A stretch of DNA of 64,000 bases from Flavobacteriales bacterium. GTDB lineage: Bacteria > Bacteroidota > Bacteroidia > Flavobacteriales > CAJXXR01. The DNA lies in the NCBI GenBank assembly GCA_025210805.1, contig JAOAQX010000007.1, forward strand, positions 180,695 through 244,694. The letters run 5' to 3'. Below the pieces are notes generated by a model that saw only the letters and a program-made list of their open reading frames with translations, was not told where the DNA came from and made no database searches. The position numbers were made by a program, and so were the translations under genes. This document shows, piece by piece, positions 27,479 to 36,884 of the stretch (the stretch's first letter is position 1; each line of letters opens with the position of its first letter).

Positions 27479-27499
27479 AATAATTATAATCTTAAAGTG

Positions 27500-30379
27500 A
27501 TGATTAAAAGGAATTTATTAAAATTTTTTGTACTTGTTTTTCTAGGAACACTGTTGAGTTTATTGCATTCTTGTGATAAAAAAGAGGGTTTTAAGGAAAT
27601 AGAAAGTGGGAAAAATCCATTTGAATATAAAGTATATCAGTTAGATAACGGTCTAAAAGTATATTTAAGTAAGAACGAAGTAGCACCGAGAATTCAAACC
27701 TATATAGGAGTAAAAGTGGGAAGTAAAAACGACCCAAATACCCACACGGGTTTGGCACATTATTTAGAACATTTATTGTTTAAAGGAACTCAAAAATTAG
27801 GGACTGATCAATGGGAAAAAGAACGACCAATTCTAGATAAAATTGAAGAGAAATATGAGCAATATCAATCTTCATCTGATGGAAAAAAAAGGGAGAAAAT
27901 TTATCAAGAAATAGACAGTTTATCTTATATCGCTTCGCAATATTCTATTGCCAATGAGTACGACAAAATAATGGCAGAAATGGGGAGTAATGGAACCAAT
28001 GCTTATACTTCTTTTGATCAAACTGTTTATCTTACCAATATCCCTTCAAAAAGTCTAGAAAAATGGGTTAAAATAGAAGCCGACAGATTTCAAAATATGG
28101 TGATAAGGTTATTTCATACCGAACTGGAAGCTGTCTATGAAGAATATAATATTAGTTGTGAATCTGATGATGATAGAATAGCAGATTTACTAATGAAAAA
28201 ACTCTATCCCCAGCATGGTTATGGAACAAAAACTACCATTGGAAAACCTGAACATTTAAAGAATCCTTCTATAAAAAGAATAAAAGATTTTTATAATAAA
28301 TATTATATTCCTAATAATATGGTTATGGTTTTGTCTGGTGATTTAAATTATGAAAATACCATCAAAAAAATAGCCAAAGAATTTGGATCTTGGAATTCAA
28401 AAGAATTAATAAAAGAAAAGCAAATTGCCACAGAGCTAAAAGGTGTTGAGAACATAAAAACTATCGGAAATGAAAGTGCGAAAGTAGCCATTGGTTATCG
28501 TCTTCCAGGATATAGAGCCGATGATAATTTTGTATTTTCTATTATAGAAAGAATGCTTTTTAATGGTTTTGGAGGTTTAATGGACAAAAATTTGATTAAA
28601 TCCAATAGAGTACAAGATGCCTATGCTTATTTGTGGTCAAATGAGGATTATTCTACTTTTATTCTTGGTGGTAACGGGCATGATAATCAAGAATTAGTGG
28701 AAACACAGATTTTACTTTTTGAGCAAATAGAGTTACTAAAGCTTGGAGCATTCCCAGATTGGCTACCAAAAGCAGCTTATAATGATCTTAAAAACGAGTA
28801 CTTAAAACGCATTGATAATAACGAGCATAGAGCCAATGAAATGCTTTCTGCTGGGCTATATGATTACTCTACAGAGGATTTTATACAAAGATTAGAGAAG
28901 TATAAAAATATTAGTAAACAGGATATTGTAAAGAAAGCAAATGATTTTTTTAAGAATAACTATTGTACCATTTCTATGGAACAAGGAAATTTTAAAGCTC
29001 CAAAAATTGCCGCTCCAAAAATAACTCCTATAAAAAGAAGGAAAAATAGTAAATCTGATTTTTATAAAGAGGTATCAAACCTGCCTGAAGAAGTAGAAAA
29101 ACAGGAGTTTAAAGATATTGATGCAATCTTGAAAAAGAACAAAAAAGGAAACTACTTTTTTGTTGAAAACAAAGCAAATGACCTTTTTCAGCTTGAGTTT
29201 ATTATGGAGAAAGGCTCTTATGATAATCCGCTACTTGCTCTAGGTTTAGAGTATATAAAACAGCTGGGAAGTGCCGAAATGAGTCAAGAAGAATTAACCA
29301 ATGAGTTTTATAAAAATGGGGTGAACTGGGATCTTAAAATAGCATCAAAAACAATAAGAATTCAAATGGAAGGCTTGGCAGAAAGCTTACCCAAAACACT
29401 GTCTTTAATTGAAAACTTGATTCAAAAACCAAAACCAAATTCTACAATTTTCAAATCCTTTATTGCTTCTAAAATTAAACAAAGGTCCGATCTCTTTTAT
29501 AAGCAAGAAGACTTGCTTTGGAAGGTATTTTTGGGTCATATTAAACATGGAAAAGAGAATCCTATGATGGATACTTATTCAAAGAAATTTCTTACTTCCG
29601 TAAATGAAAAGGATTTATTATTGGCAGTAAATAACTTCTTTCATGAGCTTGATTATGTTCATTATTTTGGACCAAAACCTTTTAATAAAGTTAAAAAAAA
29701 TCTAGAATTTGTAGCTTTTGATAATCAGCGTGAAGAAAAAAATATTCTGGAAAAAAATATTGAACAAAAAACCTATTTTATGCATCATCAAATGGTACAA
29801 GCCGAAGTACTCATGGTAGCTAAAAGTGGTGTGGTACACGAAAATAACTGGGTAGACCATTTAGTTTATAAAGGTTATTTTGGAAATCTGGCTTATAGAG
29901 AATTAAGAGAATCAAGAGGTTTAGCATATTCTACTTATATAACAATAAGAGAAGCCACAAGAAAAAATAAGCATGATTATGTAATGGGATATATAGGTGC
30001 TCAAGCGGATAAATTACCCTTGGCATTAAATGGATTAAAAACTTTGATAAAAAGAAGTCCTGATGATGTAAAACTTTTTGAGGAATCAAAAACGAGTTTA
30101 ATCAAACAGATTCAATCTCAAAGACTCAAAGATCGCTATATTTTTGAGCGTTGGTATGTGCTTCAAAAGAAAGGTTTTGAACGTGACTTATACGAAAAAG
30201 CACTAAAAAAATTGGAAAACTATTCCTTTAATGATTTTGTTGCATTTTATGAAAATAATATTGCCAATCTCGATTATTCCACACTCATATTGGGAGATAA
30301 AACAGCTATTGATTTCAATATGTTGGATGCCCGTGTGAAAAATATAGAATGGGTAGATAAAAAAGACCTATTAGAATAA
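27500..30379 (+). CDS. M16-family (insulinase/pitrilysin-like) zinc peptidase, lipoprotein
   Basis: Inverted zincin motif HYLEH in GLAHYLEHLLFKGT. The start was moved to ATG 27500 (MIKRNLLKFFVLVFLGTLLSLLHSCDK, lipobox). A TAAATTTG -7 box lies 22 nt upstream. Confidence 0.85.
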   Translation: MIKRNLLKFFVLVFLGTLLSLLHSCDKKEGFKEIESGKNPFEYKVYQLDNGLKVYLSKNEVAPRIQTYIGVKVGSKNDPNTHTGLAHYLEHLLFKGTQKLGTDQWEKERPILDKIEEKYEQYQSSSDGKKREKIYQEIDSLSYIASQYSIANEYDKIMAEMGSNGTNAYTSFDQTVYLTNIPSKSLEKWVKIEADRFQNMVIRLFHTELEAVYEEYNISCESDDDRIADLLMKKLYPQHGYGTKTTIGKPEHLKNPSIKRIKDFYNKYYIPNNMVMVLSGDLNYENTIKKIAKEFGSWNSKELIKEKQIATELKGVENIKTIGNESAKVAIGYRLPGYRADDNFVFSIIERMLFNGFGGLMDKNLIKSNRVQDAYAYLWSNEDYSTFILGGNGHDNQELVETQILLFEQIELLKLGAFPDWLPKAAYNDLKNEYLKRIDNNEHRANEMLSAGLYDYSTEDFIQRLEKYKNISKQDIVKKANDFFKNNYCTISMEQGNFKAPKIAAPKITPIKRRKNSKSDFYKEVSNLPEEVEKQEFKDIDAILKKNKKGNYFFVENKANDLFQLEFIMEKGSYDNPLLALGLEYIKQLGSAEMSQEELTNEFYKNGVNWDLKIASKTIRIQMEGLAESLPKTLSLIENLIQKPKPNSTIFKSFIASKIKQRSDLFYKQEDLLWKVFLGHIKHGKENPMMDTYSKKFLTSVNEKDLLLAVNNFFHELDYVHYFGPKPFNKVKKNLEFVAFDNQREEKNILEKNIEQKTYFMHHQMVQAEVLMVAKSGVVHENNWVDHLVYKGYFGNLAYRELRESRGLAYSTYITIREATRKNKHDYVMGYIGAQADKLPLALNGLKTLIKRSPDDVKLFEESKTSLIKQIQSQRLKDRYIFERWYVLQKKGFERDLYEKALKKLENYSFNDFVAFYENNIANLDYSTLILGDKTAIDFNMLDARVKNIEWVDKKDLLE

Positions 30380-30422
30380 CAACAAATGAATTTAAGACAA
30401 GTGATAAAAATAATCCTGTGAT

Positions 30423-32075
30423 ATGAAGAAGGTATTAATTATTACAATCGCATTAGTAATCAGTATAAAAAGTGTTTATGCGCAGAATATTGAAGATAAA
30501 TTATTATCTCAATTATCGCTTGCAAAAGTAGATACCCAAAAAGTGAATTTGATGATTGATCTTTTCTATTATTATACAGAAATAGATTATGTAAAGAGTC
30601 AGGATTTTGCAGAAAAAACCTTAGATCTATCCAAAAGTATAGGATATGAAGAAGGAGAAGCTCAAGGATATTTTGGATTAGGCTTGGCTTATGATCATTT
30701 TGGAGAATATGAGAAAGCTTTAGAATATTATATAAAAAGCTTAACCATATTTGATAAACTTAATGACTATAGAAGTTCATCGTCGGTTTACACAACAGTA
30801 GGAATATTTTTTAGAAAAAGGAAAAACTATGATCAGGCAATAGAATACTATTTGAAGGCCGTGCATTTAGATTCAATTTATCAGAGAAATATAGAACTTG
30901 CTGGTAATTATAATAATATAGGGAATATTTATGCAGATCTGAATGAAGCGGAAAAGACCATGGAGTATTATCAAAAGTCTTTAGCACTGTATGAAGCAGA
31001 AGGAGATTTGTTTCAAATGGCAGCTATAAAGGTAAACTTGGGTATTCAGTATGAGGAAAATGGAGATTTTAAGAAAGCAGAAAACCTTTTTATCGAATCT
31101 TATAAAATATCTCATGAAATTCAGGACTTAAAAGATATTATGATTGCCAGTACCAATTTAGGATTCAATTATGTTAAACAAAAAGAGTTTGACAAAGCGA
31201 AACGATATCTTTTTGAAGCTCAAGAAATTTGCGATTCATTAAAGTTTAAAAACTGGAGAGAAAACTTATTGGAAGGGTGGATTTTATACGCAACTGAACA
31301 AGGAAATTTTCAGGAGGCTTACGAGTACCAAAAAGAGCTCATAATGCACAATGATAGTCTTTATGACATTGCCCAGCAAAATACGATTGAAGAATTGCAA
31401 GCTCGATTTGAAAATGAACAAAAAGAAAAAAAAATCATTGAGCTACAAAAAGAACAAAGCCTTCAGAATAAAAAGAGATGGAATTTGATCATTATTCTAG
31501 CAGTTTCTATTCTTTCAGGAATATTTTTGTTTTTTTGGCAACGAACGAAACTTCTCAAAGAAAGAAAAATAGCCCAACAGAAAAAACAGATTCTTGACGC
31601 TCAAAACAAACAGCTTGCATTGGAAAGAGAAAAAATTCAGCAAGAACTAGAATTTCGAGATAAAGAACTTTCTACTTTTGCTTTGCATTTGGTTCAAAAA
31701 AATGATTTTTTGACACATATTGAGAAGATCATAAAACAGGTTTCTGCTAAGAGTCAAGAAACAAAAAAAGCACTTAAAGATATTTCCTTAGAGCTTCACC
31801 ACAATAAACTAATAGGAAAAGACCTTGTGGATTTTCAGGCACGCTTGGATCTTGTAAATAATCAATTTTTTGAATTACTAGAAAAGAAGTTTCCAACTAT
31901 GACCAAAAATGAAAAACGCCTTGCAGCCTTGTTGAGATTAGACCTAAGTACCAAAGAGATTTCTGTGCTAAATCATGTGAGTGAACAAGCCGTAAAAATG
32001 TCAAGACATCGACTAAGAAAAAAATTAAACATGGATTCTAAAGTAAATCTGACGGATTTTTTCAAGAAAATATAG
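30423..32075 (+). CDS. TPR-repeat, single-pass membrane, LuxR-type HTH transcriptional regulator
   Basis: 550 aa. It has a signal peptide, multiple TPR-like repeats (AL.YY.KSL pattern), a TM segment WNLIIILAVSILSGIFLFFW, a coiled coil and a C-terminal LuxR HTH (KEISVLNHVSEQAVKMSRHRLRKKL). Confidence 0.75.
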   Translation: MKKVLIITIALVISIKSVYAQNIEDKLLSQLSLAKVDTQKVNLMIDLFYYYTEIDYVKSQDFAEKTLDLSKSIGYEEGEAQGYFGLGLAYDHFGEYEKALEYYIKSLTIFDKLNDYRSSSSVYTTVGIFFRKRKNYDQAIEYYLKAVHLDSIYQRNIELAGNYNNIGNIYADLNEAEKTMEYYQKSLALYEAEGDLFQMAAIKVNLGIQYEENGDFKKAENLFIESYKISHEIQDLKDIMIASTNLGFNYVKQKEFDKAKRYLFEAQEICDSLKFKNWRENLLEGWILYATEQGNFQEAYEYQKELIMHNDSLYDIAQQNTIEELQARFENEQKEKKIIELQKEQSLQNKKRWNLIIILAVSILSGIFLFFWQRTKLLKERKIAQQKKQILDAQNKQLALEREKIQQELEFRDKELSTFALHLVQKNDFLTHIEKIIKQVSAKSQETKKALKDISLELHHNKLIGKDLVDFQARLDLVNNQFFELLEKKFPTMTKNEKRLAALLRLDLSTKEISVLNHVSEQAVKMSRHRLRKKLNMDSKVNLTDFFKKI

Positions 32076-32222
32076 ACTTTGAACTATTCTCATTTTGTAA
32101 ACCTATTTATTTTCGTTAATGTATTGATATTCTTTGTTTTGATTTTTATGTTGTTAACTCATTTAAGAGAAAATATCTCGTTTGTAAACCTTCTGTAACC
32201 CCCATTTTTCTGTTTTTGGTTT

Positions 32223-32280
32223 AAGATTTGGATAAGCTTGCCAAAGATTTGGATAAGAAAAAAGTTCTCCTTCCAAATCT
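32223..32280. promoter_or_regulatory. direct repeats AAGATTTGGATAAG x2 (21-bp spacing) plus an inverted half-site CCAAATCT
   Basis: Copies at 32223-32236 and 32244-32257, with the inverted AGATTTGG at 32273-32280. It lies 30-87 nt upstream of the ATG at 32310. Confidence 0.35.
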
Positions 32281-32309
32281 GATTTGTTTAATTCAAAAAA
32301 CTACAAGAA

Positions 32310-33023
32310 ATGTTACTCAAAAAAACACTTAAAATTACTTTGCTTTGTGGAGCTCTTTTAGCTTCTTCTACTTCTAGCTATGCACAAAATTTTTCTCAAA
32401 GAGAGCAACAAGAAAATGTCATTAAAATGAATGTGGTGGGTCTTTTTGTTGGTCAATATCAATTCGCTTATGAAAAAGCATTAAATAATAAATTTTCTGT
32501 CCAATTTTCTGCTGGTTTCATTAACTCAAGTTCTTCAGGAAGCTCAACAATTAACGGGGTAGAAAGTAAATACGACAATGCTCGAAATGGCTTTATTGTA
32601 ATCCCTGAATGTAGATTTTATCCCTTTTCAGATGAAGCACCAAGAGGAATGTATCTTGCTGTATTTGGTCGTTATAGAAACGTTACAAATGATCTTACAG
32701 ATGTCAGTGAAATAAAGGAAGGACAAGATAAGGATCTTTCAAGAGAACGAACGAATACATCTATAGGTGGTGGAGCTGTTCTTGGTTATCAATGGATTGG
32801 TAAAGGAGGTTTTAGCTTCGAAATTTTCGCTGGACCGCAATACAAATCTAGAACATCGACAACAGAATATGATGTAGCTGAATTAAACGAACCAGCATCT
32901 AATTCCACAAGCTATGACTCGCTTGGAGACGAATTGTTCGCCAAAAAATATATTGATTTCGAAGTTGATGATGCAGCTGGAATGGGAATCAGATTTGGGT
33001 TTAATTTCGGGTTCGCATTCTAA
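32310..33023 (+). CDS. hypothetical outer-membrane beta-barrel protein
   Basis: 237 aa with signal peptide ...SSTSSYAQ and C-terminal GIRFGFNFGFAF (aromatic terminus). Confidence 0.5.
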   Translation: MLLKKTLKITLLCGALLASSTSSYAQNFSQREQQENVIKMNVVGLFVGQYQFAYEKALNNKFSVQFSAGFINSSSSGSSTINGVESKYDNARNGFIVIPECRFYPFSDEAPRGMYLAVFGRYRNVTNDLTDVSEIKEGQDKDLSRERTNTSIGGGAVLGYQWIGKGGFSFEIFAGPQYKSRTSTTEYDVAELNEPASNSTSYDSLGDELFAKKYIDFEVDDAAGMGIRFGFNFGFAF

Positions 33024-33120
33024 ATATTTCATTGAATACCAAAGAATTTGAAATTCTTAAATCAATAAGAATATATTTCTTATAACACCACTTATGGTGT
33101 CAATTTTCTCATAGTATAAT

Positions 33121-33169
33121 AAAAAAAATACCCCCTCTGTTTCACGAACAAGAAACAGAGGGGGTTTTT
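33121..33169. terminator. bidirectional terminator between convergent genes
   Basis: Stem CCCCCTCTGTTTC/GAAACAGAGGGGG flanked by A8 and a T-run. Confidence 0.75.
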
Positions 33170-33182
33170 ATAAGCAGGTTGG

Positions 33183-33824
33183 TTACACTCTCACAAACAT
33201 ATTTCCTACTTTCTCTTCACCTACTGTAGTTCTTGGTCCATGACCTGGGAAAAGCACAGTATCATCGGGGAAAGAGTAAATCGTATTTCGAATAGCATCT
33301 ACAAGATCTTGTTGGTTACAATGTGGTAAATCTGTTCTACCAATGCTGTTTTTAAAGATCACATCTCCCACAATACATTGCTTACTCTCTGGGTGATGAA
33401 AAACCACATGTCCTGGCGCATGTCCTGGGCAAAGGTGGATTTCAAGTTCGGTATTCCCAAAACCGATACTTTTCATTTCATCTAGGTGAATTCCATAATC
33501 AGCTCCAAAATCTTCCATTTCGAACCCAAACATTTTGGCATGTTCTTGCATTCCTTGTACCCAAACCTCTTCTTTACTGTGGTAATAAGGTTTTAAACCC
33601 CATTTTTCGGTTGTAAAATACCAGCCCATAATATGATCAATATGGCAGTGGGTATTGATGATTTTTACAAGTTTTAGGTCGTTTTTTTCAATGAATTCCA
33701 CCAGTTCTTCATATTCGTGTTCTGTGTGGCATCCTGGGTCAATTAATACAGCCTCTTTGGTTTCATCAAACAAAAGATAGGTGTTTTCCTGAAAAGGATT
33801 AAAAGTAAATATTTGAATTTGCAT
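33183..33824 (-). CDS. MBL-fold metallo-hydrolase (glyoxalase II-like)
   Basis: 213 aa with the THCHIDH metal motif, plus downstream His/Asp ligands (GHAPGH, GD). Confidence 0.88.
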   Translation of the reverse strand: MQIQIFTFNPFQENTYLLFDETKEAVLIDPGCHTEHEYEELVEFIEKNDLKLVKIINTHCHIDHIMGWYFTTEKWGLKPYYHSKEEVWVQGMQEHAKMFGFEMEDFGADYGIHLDEMKSIGFGNTELEIHLCPGHAPGHVVFHHPESKQCIVGDVIFKNSIGRTDLPHCNQQDLVDAIRNTIYSFPDDTVLFPGHGPRTTVGEEKVGNMFVRV

Positions 33825-33844
33825 TTTTAGACTTTTTGGTTAGG

Positions 33845-33852
33845 CAAAGATA
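33845..33852 (-). promoter_or_regulatory. candidate Bacteroidota -7 promoter box (TAnnTTTG)
   Basis: TATCTTTG on the minus strand, 21 nt upstream of ATG 33824. Confidence 0.4.
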
Positions 33853-34013
33853 AGGAGTGGTCGTTTAATTTTGAAAACTCTTGAACATTAATGGCATTTC
33901 AGAGGAGTTTAAAGCATTAGAAATCGACTTTTATCATTTGTTTTGAAATATATTTGATATTAATCCCTCAAATTTTAGTTTTTTTGTAATACCAATTCAA
34001 TCTCAAAAACCCA

Positions 34014-35936
34014 ATGGAACAGAAAGCATTCTATTTAAAATCTTTATCAGAATTCCAACGCTATAAAAGTAGAGAAGTTATGGTAGGAAATATTGGAATA
34101 GGTGGGAATAACCCAATTAGAATCCAATCAATGACCACCACAGATACGATGGATACCGAGGCAACGGTAAAAGAGTGTGTAGAATTAATAGAGGCAGGTT
34201 GTGAAATTGTTAGAATTACGGCTCCGGGAGTAAAAGAAGCCGAGAATTTAAGGAAGATCAAAGAAGAATTGGCAAAACTAGGGCATCATACTCCTTTGGT
34301 GGCAGATATACATTTTACGCCAAAGGCCGCAGAAGTCGCCGCTACCATTATAGAAAAGGTGAGGGTAAATCCTGGAAATTATGTAGATAAAAAGAAATTC
34401 AAAATCATTGAATATGATGATATTACTTATCAAAAAGATGTTTCTAAGATAAGAAAACGCTTTGCTCCATTAGTAGAAATTTGTAAAAAACATGGCACAG
34501 CCATGAGAATAGGAACAAATCATGGTTCACTTTCAGACAGAATATTAAGCAGATATGGAGATACACCTGAAGGAATGGTGGAATCGGCAATGGAATTCTT
34601 AAGAATCTGTAAAGAAATGGATTATCTAGATGTCGTTCTTTCAATGAAAGCTTCCAATACCATTATCATGATGCAGGCTTATCGTTTACTCATTGTAGCT
34701 ATGGAAAAAGAAGGAATGAACTTTCCGCTTCACTTGGGAGTAACAGAGGCTGGAGATGGCGACGATGGAAGAATAAAATCAGCTGTTGGAATGGGCGCTT
34801 TACTTATGGATGGAATAGGAGATACGGTACGTGTTTCCTTAACAGAAGCACCAGTTTTTGAAATTCCAGTTGCCCAAGAAATGGTGAAACAACTGGGAGA
34901 GAAAACCCCCGCTCCTAATATCAAAAATTTTGAAGGAGAAAACGATTATAATCCTTACCACTTTGAAAGGCGAAAAAGTATTGGTTTCGGAAAAATTGGA
35001 AGTGGAAAAGTCCCTGTTGTAGTTTCAGATTTGAGTGATTTTAAGGAAATTACTTTGAATGATTTAGAAGAAATTACTTTCCAATATTTTCTAGAAACAG
35101 ATAAATGGACTTTAGGTGATCAAGCCCCTGATTTTGTGTGTTTTGATCAAGGAAATAAAATCAATATGCCCGAAGCAACTGGGGTGATAAAAAAAGCCAA
35201 AGAGGGACTTTCGGATTTAAACTTATTTAGTGTTTCAGAATACCAAGATACGGCAGCAGAAAAACGCTCTTCCTTGCATAATTTCGTTCTTGTAAATGCT
35301 CAAAATCTTGAAGATGGAGCCTTGTTTCAAGACGATCCTACTGTTGTTTGGGTGTTGTATTCTGAGAATAAAAACACGCTTTGGGAAATGAGAAGATGGA
35401 TCCTTGAAACAAATAAGAAAAACAAATTAAAACATCCTATTCTTCTTTATTTCAATACAGAAAACACAGAAAAACTCACCATACAAATGCAAGCCGCAGG
35501 TGGTTTTGGAGCTTTATTGTTGGATGGAATGGTTGATGGTTTATGGATGAAACCTCCGCAAAAAAATCTGATCAAAACCTATAATCAATTGGCTTTCGGA
35601 ATGCTCCAATCTTCACGAATGCGTTCTTCTAAAACAGAATATATTTCTTGCCCATCTTGTGGTAGAACTCTTTTTGACTTGCAAGAAACCACGGCAAAAG
35701 TAAGAGAGGCAACAGAACATCTAAAAGGTCTAAAAATAGGAGTTATGGGCTGTATTGTGAACGGACCAGGAGAAATGGCTGATGCAGATTATGGCTATGT
35801 AGGAACAGGAGTAGGAAAAATATCTTTGTATAAAGGGCAAGAAGTTATGAAACGAAATCTTCCCTCTGAAGTAGCAGTAGAAGAACTCATTAATCTTATA
35901 AGAGAAAATGGTGACTGGAAAGAACCTGTTCGTTAA
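34014..35936 (+). CDS. ispG: 4-hydroxy-3-methylbut-2-en-1-yl diphosphate synthase IspG (long form with inserted domain)
   Basis: 640 aa. It has an N-terminal TIM-barrel part (IRIQSMTTTDT, RITAPG), a roughly 250-aa insertion and a C-terminal 4Fe-4S part (CPSCGRT ... GCIVNGPGE). Confidence 0.95.
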   Translation: MEQKAFYLKSLSEFQRYKSREVMVGNIGIGGNNPIRIQSMTTTDTMDTEATVKECVELIEAGCEIVRITAPGVKEAENLRKIKEELAKLGHHTPLVADIHFTPKAAEVAATIIEKVRVNPGNYVDKKKFKIIEYDDITYQKDVSKIRKRFAPLVEICKKHGTAMRIGTNHGSLSDRILSRYGDTPEGMVESAMEFLRICKEMDYLDVVLSMKASNTIIMMQAYRLLIVAMEKEGMNFPLHLGVTEAGDGDDGRIKSAVGMGALLMDGIGDTVRVSLTEAPVFEIPVAQEMVKQLGEKTPAPNIKNFEGENDYNPYHFERRKSIGFGKIGSGKVPVVVSDLSDFKEITLNDLEEITFQYFLETDKWTLGDQAPDFVCFDQGNKINMPEATGVIKKAKEGLSDLNLFSVSEYQDTAAEKRSSLHNFVLVNAQNLEDGALFQDDPTVVWVLYSENKNTLWEMRRWILETNKKNKLKHPILLYFNTENTEKLTIQMQAAGGFGALLLDGMVDGLWMKPPQKNLIKTYNQLAFGMLQSSRMRSSKTEYISCPSCGRTLFDLQETTAKVREATEHLKGLKIGVMGCIVNGPGEMADADYGYVGTGVGKISLYKGQEVMKRNLPSEVAVEELINLIRENGDWKEPVR

Positions 35937-35964
35937 GAAATACGAAGGATAAAAACTAAAAAAA

Positions 35965-36000
35965 CAAAAAAAGGATAGCAATGTTGCTATCCTTTTTGTT
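35965..36000. terminator. bidirectional terminator between ispG(+) and tRNA-Cys(-)
   Basis: Stem AGGATAGCA/TGCTATCCT flanked by an A-run and a T-run. Confidence 0.7.
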
Positions 36001-36003
36001 TTG

Positions 36004-36074
36004 AGGTCGATACCGGATTCGAACCGGTGTACACGGTTTTGCAGACCGCTGCGTAGCCTCTCCGCCAACCGACC
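36004..36074 (-). tRNA. tRNA-Cys (anticodon GCA)
   Basis: Hand-folded cloverleaf. Acceptor GGTCGGT/ATCGACC, anticodon stem GCGGT/ACCGT with loop CTGCAAA, T-arm CCGG-TTCGAAT-CCGG, and discriminator U as expected for tRNA-Cys. No encoded CCA. Confidence 0.85.
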
Positions 36075-36314
36075 CTTTGAGGATGGCAAATATAACTAAT
36101 TTTCTGAAAAAATATGAAAATTTTTATGGAAAGATTTTTAAGTCAATCTTTTTAGAAACAAGGGGTAAATTGTAATTTTACACTTCAAAAGATTTCGTAG
36201 AGTTTTTCTATTTCTTTGAGAAGAAAAACCATACCATTTATTATGTTAATTCACTAGTTTGTATAAGTTGTTTTATATCAATTAGTTTGTGATAAAAAAG
36301 AGAGGAAAAATACA

Positions 36315-36884
36315 ATGTTTATTGAGCATAGAAGAAGTAAATCCAAAGTAAAAGGATGGCTAGAAGTTATTTGTGGATCCATGTTTTCGGGGAAAACAGA
36401 AGAATTGATTCGCAGGCTCAAACGAGCTAAAATAGCCAAATTGGAAGTTCAAATTTTTAAGCCACAAATAGATACTCGTTATCATGAAAATAAAGTTGTT
36501 TCTCATGATTCAAACAGTATTTCCTCTGTGGCTGTAGCAAGCTCTAAAGAAATTTTGACACTCGCTCAAAATTTTGATGTGATCGGTGTAGATGAAGTTC
36601 AGTTTTTTGATGAAGACATTGTAGAGGTTTGTAATGCACTTGCAAATCAAGGAATAAGGGTTTTGGTTGCTGGTTTGGATATGGATTTCGAGGGAAAACC
36701 CTTTGGTCCCATGCCTCTCTTAATGGCAACTGCCGAATTTGTCACAAAAGTCCATGCAATATGTGTATCTTGTGGAGATGTCGCTCAATATTCCCATAGA
36801 ATACATAAAGATAAGCAACAAGTTTTGTTGGGCGAAAAAAATGAATATGAACCACTTTGTAGAGTGTGTTATACACAAAAATAA
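36315..36884 (+). CDS. tdk: thymidine kinase
   Basis: 189 aa with the P-loop [14 protein letters not shown] and C-terminal zinc-ribbon cysteines (CVSCG ... CRVC). Confidence 0.95.
   Translation: MFIEHRRSKSKVKGWLEVICGSMFSGKTEELIRRLKRAKIAKLEVQIFKPQIDTRYHENKVVSHDSNSISSVAVASSKEILTLAQNFDVIGVDEVQFFDEDIVEVCNALANQGIRVLVAGLDMDFEGKPFGPMPLLMATAEFVTKVHAICVSCGDVAQYSHRIHKDKQQVLLGEKNEYEPLCRVCYTQK

Larger units (their letters stand above)
26792..27499. other. candidate chromosomal replication origin (oriC)
   Basis: A 708-bp AT-rich non-coding gap that holds a DnaA-box cluster and AT tracts. Gene orientation diverges from this gap. Confidence 0.6.

Noticed and set aside
33988-34006. A 19-nt near-identity (AATACCAATTCAAT[C/T]TCAA) between the ispG upstream region and 63909-63927.
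   Set aside because: My rough estimate for this AT-rich composition is that several 18-of-19 matches are expected by chance among all position pairs in 64 kb. The distances to the downstream ATGs also differ (8 nt versus 50 nt).
35730-36089. Minus-strand ORF of 119 aa.
   Set aside because: It spans the tRNA-Cys gene, the terminator hairpin and the 3' end of ispG in antisense, so a coding role is implausible.
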